A stretch of DNA of 64,000 nt from Chrysomallon squamiferum (GCA_012295275.1 CM022674.1:13206001-13270000), one strand, 5' to 3'; positions 26,701-52,616 are shown, counted from the stretch's first letter. Numbers and translations are program-made. Notes: a model not told the origin generated them from the letters alone.

Positions 26701-28580
26701 TCTGTCCATAGTTCTGTGAGAACGTATGTAGACCCTCACACATACGAAGATCCAAACCAGGCTGTGCGTGAATTCACACGAGAGATTGATGCTTCTCACA
26801 TCACTATCGAATCAGTCATTGGTGGAGGTAAGGATTATATTACCCATTATACAACAGTAAAAAAAAATGGCAGCAATAATTTGATTAATATTTTATTTAT
26901 TTCGTTTTATGAGGGTGATTAATATATGGTTTGTTTGTTGAAATTGTTTAAAGATTGTGAAGTATGAATTTCGTTACAGTGTTTGAAGTTTTTGTGTCTA
27001 GAAAACGGTCAAAGGGAGATAACTCCAAAGAATTTAATACATTTGAATAGCGTTGATTATCAGAATATAGAAAAGAAAAAAACTTTAAACATTAGTTTTG
27101 TTATTTATAATAAGGGAATTAAAATATATATATAATATTGATTAATAATAAAATTAATTAATTAAATTTTGCAGGTGAATTTGGTGACGTGTGCAAAGGA
27201 AAACTTCGTATTCCATGCAGACCAGAAATGTCAGTCGCAATTAAAACTCTGAAACCAGGAGCAACCGAGAAAAACCGACTCGACTTTTTGACAGAAGCGA
27301 GCATCATGGGACAGTTCGATGACCCCAACGTCATCTTCCTGGAGGGCGTGGTCACCAAGAGCAACCCCATCATGATAGTTACGGAGTACATGGCTAACGG
27401 ATCTTTAGATGCTTTTCTTAGAGTACGTTGTCCATGAAATACATGCTTTAACATTTTTTAAATACTGTATATAAAATAAGAAGAAAGCCTGTAATGTAGT
27501 GATAATGAGGCAATGAAATTTATTTGATTTAAATTATTATAAAGAATTATTTTTAAAATTTTTTTAGTAATTATAATGGTGATGTTTTAATAATCATATA
27601 CTGATCTTAAATTATTTATGACAAAGAAATTATTCAGTAATTATAATTATTTTTGTTTTTATAGTTTATTTTTAATTTTATTCTTTTAAATTCTAATATA
27701 AATATTATAAAGAAAAGTAATAAAAAATAAATATCTAAATAAATAAATAAATAAAAACATTTAATTTTAGTGAAATATGTTTTAAACGTGTTATGCAAGT
27801 AATAAAACAGTATTTTTGTTTTCATTTCAGAACAATGATGGGAAGTTTACAATCATTCAGCTGGTGGGGATGATGAGGGGGATAGCAGCAGGAATGAAAT
27901 ATTTATCTGAAATGGGATACGTACACAGAGTAAGATTCTAAAATCACCTTTTTCATTTAGAAAGATTCTAAAATCACGTTTTCATTTAGAAAGATTCTAA
28001 AATCACATTTTTCATTTAGAAAGATTCTAAAATCACCTTTTTCATTTAGAAAGATTCTAAAATGTTGAAATATTTGTTTTATAAGAAGAAGAAGAAGAAA
28101 AATAATAATTATTAATAATTCTGCTTGTTGTTATTAATTTTTACTGTAGTTTTGATGTGATTTTCTTTTAATTATTTATTATTTATTTATCTTGCATGTT
28201 TTATTTATTTATTTATTGTTTTATTATTTTTCATACTTTATTTTTATTTACTTGTTATTTACTTGTTAATTACTGTGTTTATTATTTACTTATTTATTTT
28301 TCATTTATTTTTTTCATTTATTTGTTTATTTTATTTTTGTTTATGATTTTCAAAATTATTTATTTATTTATTATTTATTTTTCAATGTTTATTTATTCAT
28401 TTATCTATTTGTTTACTTTATATATTATATTTATTTAAGAATTTTATTTATTTTATATATTTATTATTTTATTTAACCATTATTTATTTACAAAATTATT
28501 TATTTAATTATTATTTTTATTTATTTTTTCATTATTTATTCATTTATCTTTTTACTTATAGTTTTACACATTTAAGAATT

Positions 28581-28611
<31 letters not shown>

Positions 28612-28715
28612 TTACTTTATTATTTTTCTTTATTTATTTATTTTTTTTTTCATTTATTTATTAATTAATTAATTTATTTATTTATTTATTTATTTATTTA
28701 TTACTTTATTACTTT

Positions 28716-28767
<52 letters not shown>

Positions 28768-29703
28768 TTTGTTTATTTATTTATTTATTTCAGGATCTGG
28801 CAGCTAGGAATATTCTGGTGAATGAAACGCTGGTGTGTAAAGTTGCAGATTTTGGTTTGTCTCGTGAAATTGAATCAGACACAACTGATGGGGCCTACAC
28901 AACTAAGGTAAAATAATTTTACTTTTTTACATCTTTCACTTACCTTGCTGACTCTGTATAACTTCAGTTTTTTTAATTTATAATTGTAAAATAAATTATG
29001 AACTTGTTCATACGGTTATATTTGATACCAAATAGCTGACGTAATTTTGTGCAGAAGTGATTTTGTTTTATCTCTTATTGTTTAACCTTTCTTGTTGTAC
29101 TTAAGATTTATGTTTTTTATTTATTTCTTTTTTTAACAATTTTTCTTTCTAAAAAGAGTGAAATACTGTATTCAAATAATTTATTCTCATTGTAGAAGTA
29201 GGAATATTTTTCTTAAATTCATATTAAAATTTTAAAAAAAATAACAAATTTTTATTTAATCTGTATTTCCATATTTTTTAATTTTTCATTTTATTCAAAA
29301 AAAACTCACCCAAAAAAAAAACAACAACTAGAAACTCTTGACTAATGAAGATTTATACTTGTGTGCATTTCTTTATTAACAAATTTTAAATTTTCCAGGG
29401 TGGGAAAATACCAGTAAGATGGACAGCCCCAGAAGCCATTGCTTTTAGAAAATTCACTTCCTCTTCTGATGTGTGGAGCTACGGAGTTGTTATGTGGGAG
29501 ATAATGTCGTACGGAGAACGGCCATATTGGAACTGGTCAAACCAGGACGTGATCAAAGCTGTCGACAAAGGATACAGACTACCTCCTCCAATGGTGAGTC
29601 ATCTAAGGGAGATAACTGAGTGACATTACGTGGACTGAAATGAATTTTGTTTTTACTTACAAATGGAAATGATTAAGTTTATGATTAAATAATAATAATG
29701 ATG

Positions 29704-29751
<48 letters not shown>

Positions 29752-31126
29752 GAATTAATAATAATAATAATAAAAATTGTAATAATAATGAAAATAAAAA
29801 TATACAAATGGAAGTGATTAAGTTTATGATTAAATAATAATAATGATAATACTAATAATGAAAATAAAAATATAATTCTGTAAATTAAAGAACAAAAAAA
29901 TAAACTTTTAACAAACGGCAATTTTTTTAAAGACAAAAATCGTGGAATTTTTTTTTTTGGATTCTTTCGTTAGTGTTTTAAACATAAATCTATATTAATT
30001 CTGTCTCTGTGTGTTCTAGGATTGTCCTGAGGCATGTCATCAGCTGATGCTAGACTGCTGGCAGAGGGAGAGATCCCACAGACCAAAGTTCATTCAGATT
30101 GTGAAGACTCTCGACAAGCTGATCAGAGCCCCGGAACTGTTGAGAAAAATTGCAAAACCAAGGTGAAGTATATTGAGTCATTCTAGAAACTTTCTCCAAG
30201 GACTTGCATAGCTGACATTATGATACCTGTTAAATAGTTCTAGACTGTGTGTTAAGTAGGTAAATGATTGGTGTGAGAAGTGCTAGGTGTTGGGATCGGT
30301 TCTGATCAGTTTCCACTTCAGTACAGAAGTTTAGCTCAGTGGTTAGAGTGGTAGTTTGATCTGCACTGGATCAATTTTTGTCGTTGTCTTTCATCTGTGT
30401 TTGCTATTTTATTATTACTTTTTTTTATTATTTTTTAAAAAAGCTTTGTTGAATATGAAGTTTTCCTTTGTATACATCATCAAAATCTCCTGAAAATGTT
30501 TATTAATTTTTTTAATTTTTTTTTTAGATACTTTGATTTTATGGTTTTATTACTGTTTAAAATTTGAATATCTATTTTTATTTATTTATTTGTTCAACAG
30601 AAACTTTTATCATTTTATATTTTTTTTATCTTTTCTTTCTTAAACTTACTATTTATTGTTTATTTTAATTATTAATTTCCTTTATTATTTATTCATTCAT
30701 TCTTCTTTATTATTTATTCATTCATTCATTCATTTTTCTTTCATTCATACATTCATTCATTCATTAATCTTTCATTCTTTCATTCATTCATTCATTCATC
30801 TTTCATTCTTTCATCATTCATTCATTTACTCATTCTTTCACTTGTTCATTCGCAGGCCTCACAACTTCATCGACCCGAACATCCCGGACATGACGCAGTT
30901 CACGAATATCGAAGACTGGCTCATTTCAATCAAGATGGAGAGATACATCGACAACTTCCTCAACGCCGGCTTCAGCAGCATGGACCACGTCTCCAGACTG
31001 TCTGTGAAAGACTTGATCAACCTGGGAATAAACCTCGTCGGGCACCAGAAGAAAATCATGAACAGTGTTCAAACATTCCGAGCCCAGATGACAGGCGCTC
31101 AGATGTCGGAAGGCTTTCTTGTTTAG
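2966..31126 (+). CDS. Eph: Eph receptor tyrosine kinase, 5'-partial spliced gene (13 core exons, about 655 aa in window)
   Basis: Exons 2966-3146, 3574-3698, 6710-6918, 22156-22237, 22681-22774, 23196-23248, 26672-26827, 27175-27422, 27831-27929, 28794-28907, 29399-29593, 30020-30162, 30856-31126 join with GT-AG and consistent phases into one frame: PPSAPR FN3, second FN3, [58 protein letters not shown] (LVGHQKKI), stop. Confidence 0.97.
3574..3698 (+). CDS. Eph: Eph exon: first FN3 domain, C-half
   Basis: ttccag|[35 protein letters not shown]|gtaaga. Confidence 0.93.
6710..6918 (+). CDS. Eph: Eph exon: second FN3 domain, main part
   Basis: ttacag|[32 protein letters not shown]|gtacgt. Confidence 0.92.
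14159..15088. repeat. Minisatellite, about 105-bp unit, about 8-9 copies with degenerate ends
   Basis: acatgcaacaagcatacgcgcg(ca)n ctaaacctgtctttatttttgattcagtttcttgctctgacagattagtctctcattctgttaactctgtttt; units start at 14404 and 14509, among others. Confidence 0.95.
15470..15730. repeat. (TG)n with a duplicated unit of about 105 bp
   Basis: tatacatgcatatgctttggaagtatttctg appears twice between TG tracts. Confidence 0.85.
16850..17367. repeat. (CCAT)n compound microsatellite with CCCT variants
   Basis: Directly visible; source of the spurious MDGW and HPSI ORFs. Confidence 0.95.
22156..22237 (+). CDS. Eph: Eph exon: end of second FN3 domain
   Basis: ttacag|[28 protein letters not shown]|gtaata; completes the FQVR..G.G.YS FN3 motif. 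An alternative in-phase donor follows 22261. Confidence 0.88.
22405..22615 (+). mobile_element. Decayed SINE-like repeat, same family as 42868-42960
   Basis: atgggaaggtg..aaaa..cttgttgctaatt (22478-22516) matches minus-strand atgggaaggtg..aaaa..cttgctgctaatt at about 42.9 kb; A-box-like agctcagtttgagc lies upstream. Confidence 0.5.
22681..22774 (+). CDS. Eph: Eph exon: transmembrane helix
   Basis: tttcag|[34 protein letters not shown]|gtgtgt. Confidence 0.92.
22905..23160 (+). mobile_element. Decayed SINE-like element with (ATTC)n tail
   Basis: 3' end gtttgacacccaatag..tgtgctgggatgtggttaaac(attc)n resembles the tail of gastropod tRNA-SINEs (recalled from memory, not searched). Confidence 0.45.
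23196..23248 (+). CDS. Eph: Eph exon: proximal juxtamembrane segment
   Basis: ttcag|[19 protein letters not shown]|gtaaat; it supplies the phase 2 to phase 1 link needed between the TM exon and 26672. Confidence 0.85.
24968..25015 (+). CDS. Candidate 48-nt symmetric cassette exon of Eph ([16 protein letters not shown])
   Basis: Long poly-T/C tract + cttag acceptor, consensus GTAAGT donor, phase 1-1, open frame, GC-rich island in AT-rich intron. Confidence 0.7.
25668..25718 (+). CDS. Candidate 48/51-nt symmetric cassette exon of Eph ([17 protein letters not shown])
   Basis: tttctgtttag acceptor; donors G|gtagta (after 25715) or A|gtaaga (after 25718), both phase 1; open frame. Confidence 0.5.
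26672..26827 (+). CDS. Eph: Eph exon: juxtamembrane tyrosines and kinase start
   Basis: taacag|[47 protein letters not shown]|gtaagg. Confidence 0.96.
27175..27422 (+). CDS. Eph: Eph exon: kinase N-lobe
   Basis: ttgcag|[59 protein letters not shown]|gtacgt. Confidence 0.97.
27831..27929 (+). CDS. Eph: Eph exon: kinase
   Basis: tttcag|[33 protein letters not shown]|gtaaga. Confidence 0.96.
27932..28063. repeat. 30-bp tandem repeat, about 4.4 copies
   Basis: aagattctaaaatcacctttttcatttaga at 27932, 27962, 27991, 28021 and 28051 (partial). Confidence 0.95.
28794..28907 (+). CDS. Eph: Eph exon: catalytic and activation loops
   Basis: ttcag|[38 protein letters not shown]|gtaaaa. Confidence 0.97.
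29399..29593 (+). CDS. Eph: Eph exon: kinase C-lobe
   Basis: ttccag|[65 protein letters not shown]|gtgagt. Confidence 0.97.
30020..30162 (+). CDS. Eph: Eph exon: kinase end
   Basis: ttctag|[49 protein letters not shown]|gtgaag. Confidence 0.96.
30856..31126 (+). CDS. Eph: Eph last coding exon: SAM domain and hydrophobic C-terminus (class II PDZ-binding-like FLV)
   Basis: cgcag|[52 protein letters not shown]. Confidence 0.95.
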
Positions 31127-31393
31127 CCAAATTTAAAAAAAACAAACAAAAAACAAAAATAAACAAAAAACTTTTTTTATATCTGTGATTCATATCATTA
31201 GAGATAACTTAAATGATTCGTGTGTGAGTGTGAGGAACATAATACTTTCTGGCAGAAGAAGCTGGTTTGTAGTATTTTGGCTGCCATTTTGTTCGTGAAA
31301 GAAAGAAAAGGAAAAAGAATTTATAAATAAAATAAATGATGTTTTTCTTTCCTGCATTCCCTGACTGTAGACTTTCAAAAAAAATGTGGAAGA

Positions 31394-31427
<34 letters not shown>

Positions 31428-32155
31428 TCAAGGAAAAGAAATGATAAACAAGAATTAAGAAGGCCAAAAGGATGATAAGGAATTCTGCTTCACTGATTGG
31501 TTGATTTTTCAACCAATAGGAAGAGAGGAAATGTCCTGGTTTCATGAAATCGCAACATAAAAGTATCTGCTATTGGTTGGTTGTGTTCAAGCCAGTATGT
31601 TAAAATAACAGTTACTTGTGGATTTATGATCCTGGAAAAAGAAGCAAAAATATCTTCTATTGGTTGATTTTAATACATTTGCTGGTTGTAGAAATGAAGC
31701 AGAAACTGGACATTTGGCTGAAACTAAAAATAAAAGTAACAAGTTCTGTGATTGGTTGTAAATTTATACTAAAAAAAAAAAGTGAACTGCACAGCAGTAG
31801 TCATTTTCTGTTGATGAGATGGCACATTAACATGTAAAAGCCATGCTGATTGGCTGGAATATCTGTGCCACATTAAGACCTTTTCTGTGATTGGTTGTAA
31901 ACCAAATTTAGATTTCTTAATTTGTATTTTTTTTGTTTTGTTTTGTTTTGTTTTTTTAATTATTGTTTGACAAACAACATGCTTTGGTTGTATATATAAA
32001 TATTTATTGGCATGTGAGATTAAGAAAAATGTGGCCATTTTGAAATGAAAAATGGCTGCCACTTGCTCTTAAGGTTAAGATAATTATAAACAAAATTTGA
32101 TCAGATATGTAGAAAACATAACTTGATACACAGATGTTTTGAAGGAAACAAAAGA

Positions 32156-32186
<31 letters not shown>

Positions 32187-32192
32187 TATTAC

Positions 32193-32229
<37 letters not shown>

Positions 32230-32391
32230 TTGAACCAAATTCTTGGCTAACTTCATAAAACTTCAAGAATAATAAAACAGCCAAGTGCATTTTTTTTTTT
32301 TTTTTAGTCATCAGTCTTAAGTATTATTTTATTTCATATGAGATTCATTTTTGTGACTCCTGGTTCCAGCCTAATATCCCGTTCCAGACCA

Positions 32392-32423
<32 letters not shown>

Positions 32424-33189
32424 TTTGTAATGAGTGAAAACAAAGAATTAATTTTGTTGCTATGCAAAATCTGACAGCTAATCACATGACGGTGTGATTG
32501 GTTGTCATGGAAACCCTGCAGCACGACATGCAAAGATAACTCTAAAAATAAAACTGTGCTTGTAAATGTGAATTTATGAAGAAAAAAAAAAAGAGAGAAG
32601 AAAACAAAGACTTTGTGTAAATAAAATGGTGTTTATGCTGTACATAGTGTGAAAACAGAAAATTGTTTGTGTAAACTATTGTATAGCGAACGTCTGTCTG
32701 TCTGTCTGTCTGTATATATGTGTGAGAGAGACTGTAAATATTCGTGGATGTGTGACTTCTACATCAGTGCGTTCATGCATGACTGATTTTGTTATAAGTC
32801 TAGAAAAGAATGTTGGAGATTTTGTTTCTTTTTTTTTCAGTTTTATTTCGAATTTTCATATCTGTTTTAAAAAGGTCTTAGAAAAACTTTTATGTTTGCT
32901 TTATGTTAAAATACAAAAAAAGAAAGAAAGAAAAAGTTACATATCAAATTTTAGTTATTATTTTAAAGTTTGTGATAATTCTGTTAGTTTGTTTCTACAA
33001 GGAACTCATATTTTAATTTGTATACTTAATTTGAAATGTTGACATCAAAACATTTTTAGTTTTAGCTTTTAGGACAATCCTGTAATATTTTCAAAATTTA
33101 TTTTAAAAACATTTAAAAACATATTTTTCTTACTTTGATGTTAAATAAGGCAAACTTGTTTTTATTTATTTATTCATTTTTATTGTATG

Positions 33190-33248
<59 letters not shown>

Positions 33249-34775
33249 ATTTAAATGAAAGAAGAAAAAGCTTTCGTACATGAAGTAGAAAACAAAAATT
33301 AAATTTATTTATTTCAGTTTTATTTTGTATTTATAGAGATTTTTGTTGTTGTTGTTTCTTCTTTTGTTATTTTCTAATTTGTTTTTTTCATTCTCATTAT
33401 TTTTATTTTCTATTCAGATGTGTAACTGACAATGTTAAAATGGTGCATGTTTTTTGTTTTAATTTTTCAACATTTCGGGATGAATGTTAAGAGATTTTTG
33501 AGAATAATGTTTTTTTTTATAATAACATTTGTGTTTGAAATCAAAGTGCTTTGTTTTGATAGGACATTTTTTTGTTTGTTTACATTTTTTACTTGGAGAG
33601 AACCAAAATGGTTTTACTTTCAAATTGTGCACGAACTACGCAAATTCTGACAAAAGTTTTTGATTTTCTTTTTATGATCTTTTTTTCTACTTAGGTATAT
33701 TTAAGAAAAATGTTTTTATTAATTTGTTTCATGTGTTTGTTTACCATGACGGTTTGTAAAAAAACAAAAAAATTAAAAATTAAAAAAATTGTTTTATCAC
33801 AAATGCTAGGCAATTTTCGTTTCATTTTGTTTTCATTTTCGTTTATTTAATCATGCTTAACTTTTTCTTTTCTAAAATTAAAAGGAAAACAACAAACAAT
33901 ATTATACAAATATGTACACATATTTTTGGTTAAATTAAAAATAGTTTGGTTTACCTTTGCCTCTGTTTCAAAAACATCTGGTTTGAAAACCAAATGACGT
34001 AAATATTTAGTTGTTTTACTTAATTTTTTTTTTATACTTAATGAATGACATTTTTCATTTTTGATACATTCAGTTTAGAATTTGTATAAACTTTATTATA
34101 CATTTTTTTTTTTTTTTTTAATTTAAGAGTATTAATTATAATTTAATTATTAGTGATATGTTTTACAATTTAATTTTTTTTCAGAATTATCCCACCATTT
34201 CATTTTGATTATCTTTTGTTTTTCTTGCCACTGGTATTACATGAACAAACACTACCCACCCAGCTCCCACCCACAAAAATAACATAAAAAAATAGCCAAA
34301 ACAAATATTTTCATAATCATTTTCAGAAACAATCAAAATGTACTTACTGACTGAAATAACGTACTGAATATTGACAATAAATGAAATATTTTCTTTTACT
34401 ATTTTGACTTCCATATATATTTATTTATAATTTGATCTTATTTTTAAAGCTTATTTTATTTCTTACTTTTTTATTTTATTTATTTTCATGTTTTTCTTTT
34501 GACATAAGTTTTTTATTTTTGTTTTTATTTTTTCAATTAAATAAACCTTCGTAACATTCATGTCATTGAATGTGTATTTATGCAACATGAATAATAACAT
34601 GGCTTTACTGTATAATAATAACATTTTTTTTTAATTACATCATCAGCTGCATAATAGCTAAACTGTACCTTACATCGCTGTTTCTCCTACTACTACAACT
34701 ACTACTACATGTACCACATAGCAATATTAGATATGAACTGTACAGAAATGTTAACAATGTGTAATAATGACAAGA

Positions 34776-34781
34776 AATAAA
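34776..34781 (+). terminator. Candidate Eph poly(A) signal
   Basis: AATAAA followed about 25 nt later by a GT-rich tract (gatgttgttgttttttgttt). Many AATAAA hexamers occur in the region, so this is tentative. Confidence 0.3.
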
Positions 34782-36261
34782 AATGTATAAATTTTGAACT
34801 TGGGATGTTGTTGTTTTTTGTTTATTTTAGTAAAACTAGTTGAGATCTTGATGTCAGTGTAACAACCACTGAGAAATAGTTAACATTTTTACTTGAGATG
34901 AAAAAAGAAAAACAATAAAGTAATATTTCAGAGAGTGTGTGAGAGAGAGAGAGAGAGAGTGTGTGTGTTAGGTTTTTAGGTTTCATGCTCAGAACTAACC
35001 TAATTCATGACATTTCAGGCCTAAAAAGATTACGTCAGTTTAATGACCTGGGATCTACAGTATTTTACAGAGTTAATTATTTTAAACAGATAAAAGCACA
35101 AACACATTTTATTACTTTATCTGATGGCTTCCATAATTTATATATTATACAATTACAGTTATTTAGAATGATTAAACATGGAACCTATTTATATATATAT
35201 ATATTCATCCTACTGAAAGGAGCACAAGTTGAAAAACCTGTTCATAAACAAATCAGTTAACATCTGTCTTGCTTTTTGAATTGAAAATTATTGCTTGAGG
35301 GTGTCACCATTTGAGAAAAATAGATTTCACAAGAACATTATAAAACCACAAATTTAATCTACTGCAGAAATGGATAAGATCCAGGTACTGTACTGGACTG
35401 AAGAAAACAAGATTCAGTAAATTCAGAGATTCTGTTACGATTTAGTGCATACTGTGGTCTGTTTTATGATGGACATTATTGGAATGGATGAAGTCAAAAT
35501 CATGATTACTGTAATTCATTAAATTTAAAGACTCTGGAAGTTAAGGAATTTATGTCAATATGTGGCTGAAACAAAAATATTATTTGGTTTTGTTCAGTTA
35601 GAAATCTAAACTAATCAGAATATTTCTAAAATAATTCAGGCAAGAGTTGTGCCCCTTTGTGTCTCAACATGTGTGTAATAATTCCTATGATGTCAAAATT
35701 CTAGATAAAAAAAAAAAGGTTAATAATAAATAAAAAATAAATAAATAAATAAATATATAAATGAAATTTTATTTATGCTGATAATTATTAATATAGATGA
35801 GATATAATTAGATCAAAATAATTATTATAATAATAATAATAATAATAAAAGAAAACAAGCAAAGACAAAAAAATTAAATAAATAAAAATAATAAACAAAA
35901 AATAAATAAATGGAAAATTAGAACTTCTTCATGTACAAATTATAACATGGTAATTTCATTTACACGTGTGTATTCAATTGTATCATTTTCTTTATTTTAT
36001 CTGTTATTTACAACAAAAATCATTAAATACTATTTGATTTCTATTCTGTCATTAATACTACAGTGTTTACAAAACACATATAACAGCATAGCAGTAAATA
36101 ACCACTTAGTGTATTTCACATTCTAGTCAGTGCTTAATGAAGAGTGAATAAAGAGATTTCTTGTCTTTATACAAATTCAGTTTAAAAATATAAATTTATG
36201 GACTACATATATATAAATATAAATATAAAATAAATAAATATAAATATAAATATAAATATAA

Positions 36262-36292
<31 letters not shown>

Positions 36293-36657
36293 TGTGGTCC
36301 AAATAGTTTATTGCTCTTCATTTATTAACATATAAATGTTCACAAGTTATACAAAAATATCACAGTCATTAATAACAACTGGACTATTTCACATTCCAAC
36401 ACATGCTCCACATATGCTATGACATTTTTTAAATGTTGTCTAAATGAGATCCTTGTTGCCTATATGTATTTAGTGAAAAAGCTAATTTAGTCTTCATAAT
36501 TTCATTCACTCTCTCTCTCTGTATACACACACACACACATACAAATAAATAAACAACTTTTACATTTGCCCAGTGTTTCAAAACAAATTTAAAATGTTTG
36601 TTTTATTACGTTCACTAACATCACAAGAGGCAACTCCAACTGATAATTATTTTTTAT

Positions 36658-50068
<13,411 letters not shown>

Positions 50069-50099
50069 TGCTGGAAGTATTTATGTTCCCTTCGTTGCG

Positions 50100-50150
50100 A
50101 GCAGCGCCATTTTGATCAAAATAAAAGTCATGTGATCAATCCGGAAATAG
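50100..50150 (-). promoter_or_regulatory. HPS3 proximal promoter: YY1-like site, M-box/CLEAR-like E-box and ETS site
   Basis: CGCCATTTT at 50105-50113 (AAAATGGCG on minus), AGTCATGTGA at 50126-50135 and CCGGAAAT at 50141-50148, all 35-80 nt upstream of the ATG in CpG-containing sequence. Confidence 0.6.
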
Positions 50151-50246
50151 ATCAAGTTGGAAAGATTTTAATAATTATTTTAGTTTGTTTTGTTTTGTTC
50201 TGTTATTTTTGTTTTTTTGTTTTATTAATTAATTAATTAATTTATT

Positions 50247-50291
<45 letters not shown>

Positions 50292-50423
50292 TATTATTAT
50301 TATTATTATTATTATTTAGATTTGTAACTTTTGTCCGATTTGCTGAAACCGGCTGTTCTTAAGTGTTTCAGTTTCACTTAGATCGCATTATATAAAATAC
50401 CTTGGTAGGTGATTTTCCCGAAA

Positions 50424-50477
<54 letters not shown>

Positions 50478-51399
50478 TTTATTGTTCATTTATTTATTTA
50501 AAATAAATATTAATAAAGTAAAACTATATAATAATAATTAAAATAATAAATAAATACATATAAAATAAATAAAAGACACAACCGAAATCTCGCCAGCGAA
50601 CCCATTATATATCGAGCATCGACCTGGCCAATATGTAACAACGTATCAAAAGATTTTAGTTGGTGTCTAACATGACTGAGGTTGAATATCCGAGAAGCAT
50701 TTGAGAAAATAAATTTATAATTTTGTATTCGTGACGTTGCTTTCTGATTTTTGTCCAAAATTTCTCGTCATAACATAAAAAAAAAGTGTCTGATCAATAA
50801 AACTATGACGACATGAAAGCCGGAAACTGTACAATGAAACAAATAACTAAGTAAATAAGTAAATAACAAAGGCAAAAGACAGATAGATGGAGAGATAGTT
50901 ACATACAAATATAGATATACAGACAAACAGATAGAAAGACAGAGATAAAGAAACAGCTGGATAGATATGCAGAAAGATAGATTGGCAGAAATATAGATAC
51001 ATAGATGGTTAGACCGACAGACAGACAGACATTATAAAGTATTATCCATCAACCTTGAATGAGTTACTGCACGTCGACAATTTATACTGATATTGATGCT
51101 ACGGATCATGTACGGATACATAAAAAGACATTATCCTTTCGATCTTGTTCGATTAGTAGAATTAACTGAACTTTCTGAAATCGATGGGATTATCAAATCC
51201 TCGATTAAAATTCTGAATGCGTTTCAAAAGGAATTGATTATATTGTTTTTTACAAAATCATTTCTAAAAACTTTTAGCCCGAAAAAAAAAAACGTTTTTC
51301 TCTTTATTACAACCAGAAACATTTATTCGGGTTATGGGCATCCCTCAGTGTTATTCGTATAATTAAAGTATTTACCAAACTACTGATAGAAGGAAAGCA

Positions 51400-51591
51400 A
51401 CAGAGTAATAAGAAATAATTGAATAAAACGACGGGACTTAAAGAGAAGTTAACGTACAGGAATTGTTTTAGAGTTATCTCCCGTTATCAAGTAGAAGGAT
51501 GACAGCGGCAGTTTTAAAAAAGATGCCTTGACGCTTCTTCGACAAAAGGAGTCGATTTGGGACGATGCCTTGCAGGGTACGGACGACAGGG
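51400..51591 (+). other. Candidate first exon of an unidentified divergent plus-strand gene (start coordinate approximate)
   Basis: CpG-rich region 51.05-51.8 kb; strong donor GG|GTAAGC after 51591; ATG at 51565 gives MPCRVRTTG. Confidence 0.4.
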
Positions 51592-51788
51592 GTAAGCTTT
51601 GATATCTTATAATGCACGGTTAATTAGCGTTTTTAGTTCTACATATGTCGTTTCTTTTCTCGGCTTATTTTTAGCGAAATGTCTGCAACTGCGCAATCGT
51701 CGAATCGATCGTCCAGTTCCAGTTAGCATTCTTAGACTAGTTCCACAGTCAGCGAGTATTTATTGGATTTGTTCTGATTCTAGAAACT

Positions 51789-51858
<70 letters not shown>

Positions 51859-52552
51859 GACGAAATAATCCTAACCATTCTGTCTGTTCTCACAATTTCA
51901 ACGCTTTAGAAGTTTAGTTCATAAAAATAATGGTATCGAATTATTTGGCATATTGCAAGTAAAACAAACTCCAAATAAAACTACAGTTATAATTCCAAAA
52001 CATTATTAAACGTCTGAAATAGGACATACATGCAAATTATTTCTATCGGCTTTTCATTAATTTATTTTATTTTTTTTTTTTGAAAGAGACAGATGACTAT
52101 TTGTGTCTTTTTTTTTTCATAGTCAGTAACATCTAATTTTTGTTTTTGTTTTTTTGTATCCTTCATTTCAGTTCTTTAGATAATTTTAATTTCTTTTATG
52201 TAAATTGCAGTCATTGAATAATAATAATAATAATAAATTAAATTAAATAAGTTATTATCTTAGCTAGACTTGTGCTCTAATAACTGATTTCCTGTAGGTT
52301 TATCTTTGCAAAGAATATTGATTAAATACTTCATAAAACATTTTTTTTTTTTTTTTTTGACACCAGGAAGCAATGGCTAGCAGTGTATTGTCTCAAATAT
52401 CGTCAGCCATGTTCTATAAAAATATAACATGGGTGGGTGGTAAATATCTTTGTATTTGCACAATATGTATAAAAAATGTTCTATATTATACTTTAAATTT
52501 TGAAAGTATTTTTATTTTATTTTGTTTATCATTTATCAAAATTTTTTAAAAA

Positions 52553-52616
<64 letters not shown>

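Noticed and set aside
27158-27454. Minus-strand 98-aa ORF
   Set aside because: Antisense shadow of the Eph kinase exon; the same applies to 2919-3212, 6630-7176 and 30859-31059.
30325-30390. TAGCTCAGTGGTTAGAG as a tRNA gene
   Set aside because: Only an A-box/D-arm-like piece is present, with no T-arm or acceptor stem; probably a SINE remnant. The same applies to 2755-2835 and about 11135-11150.
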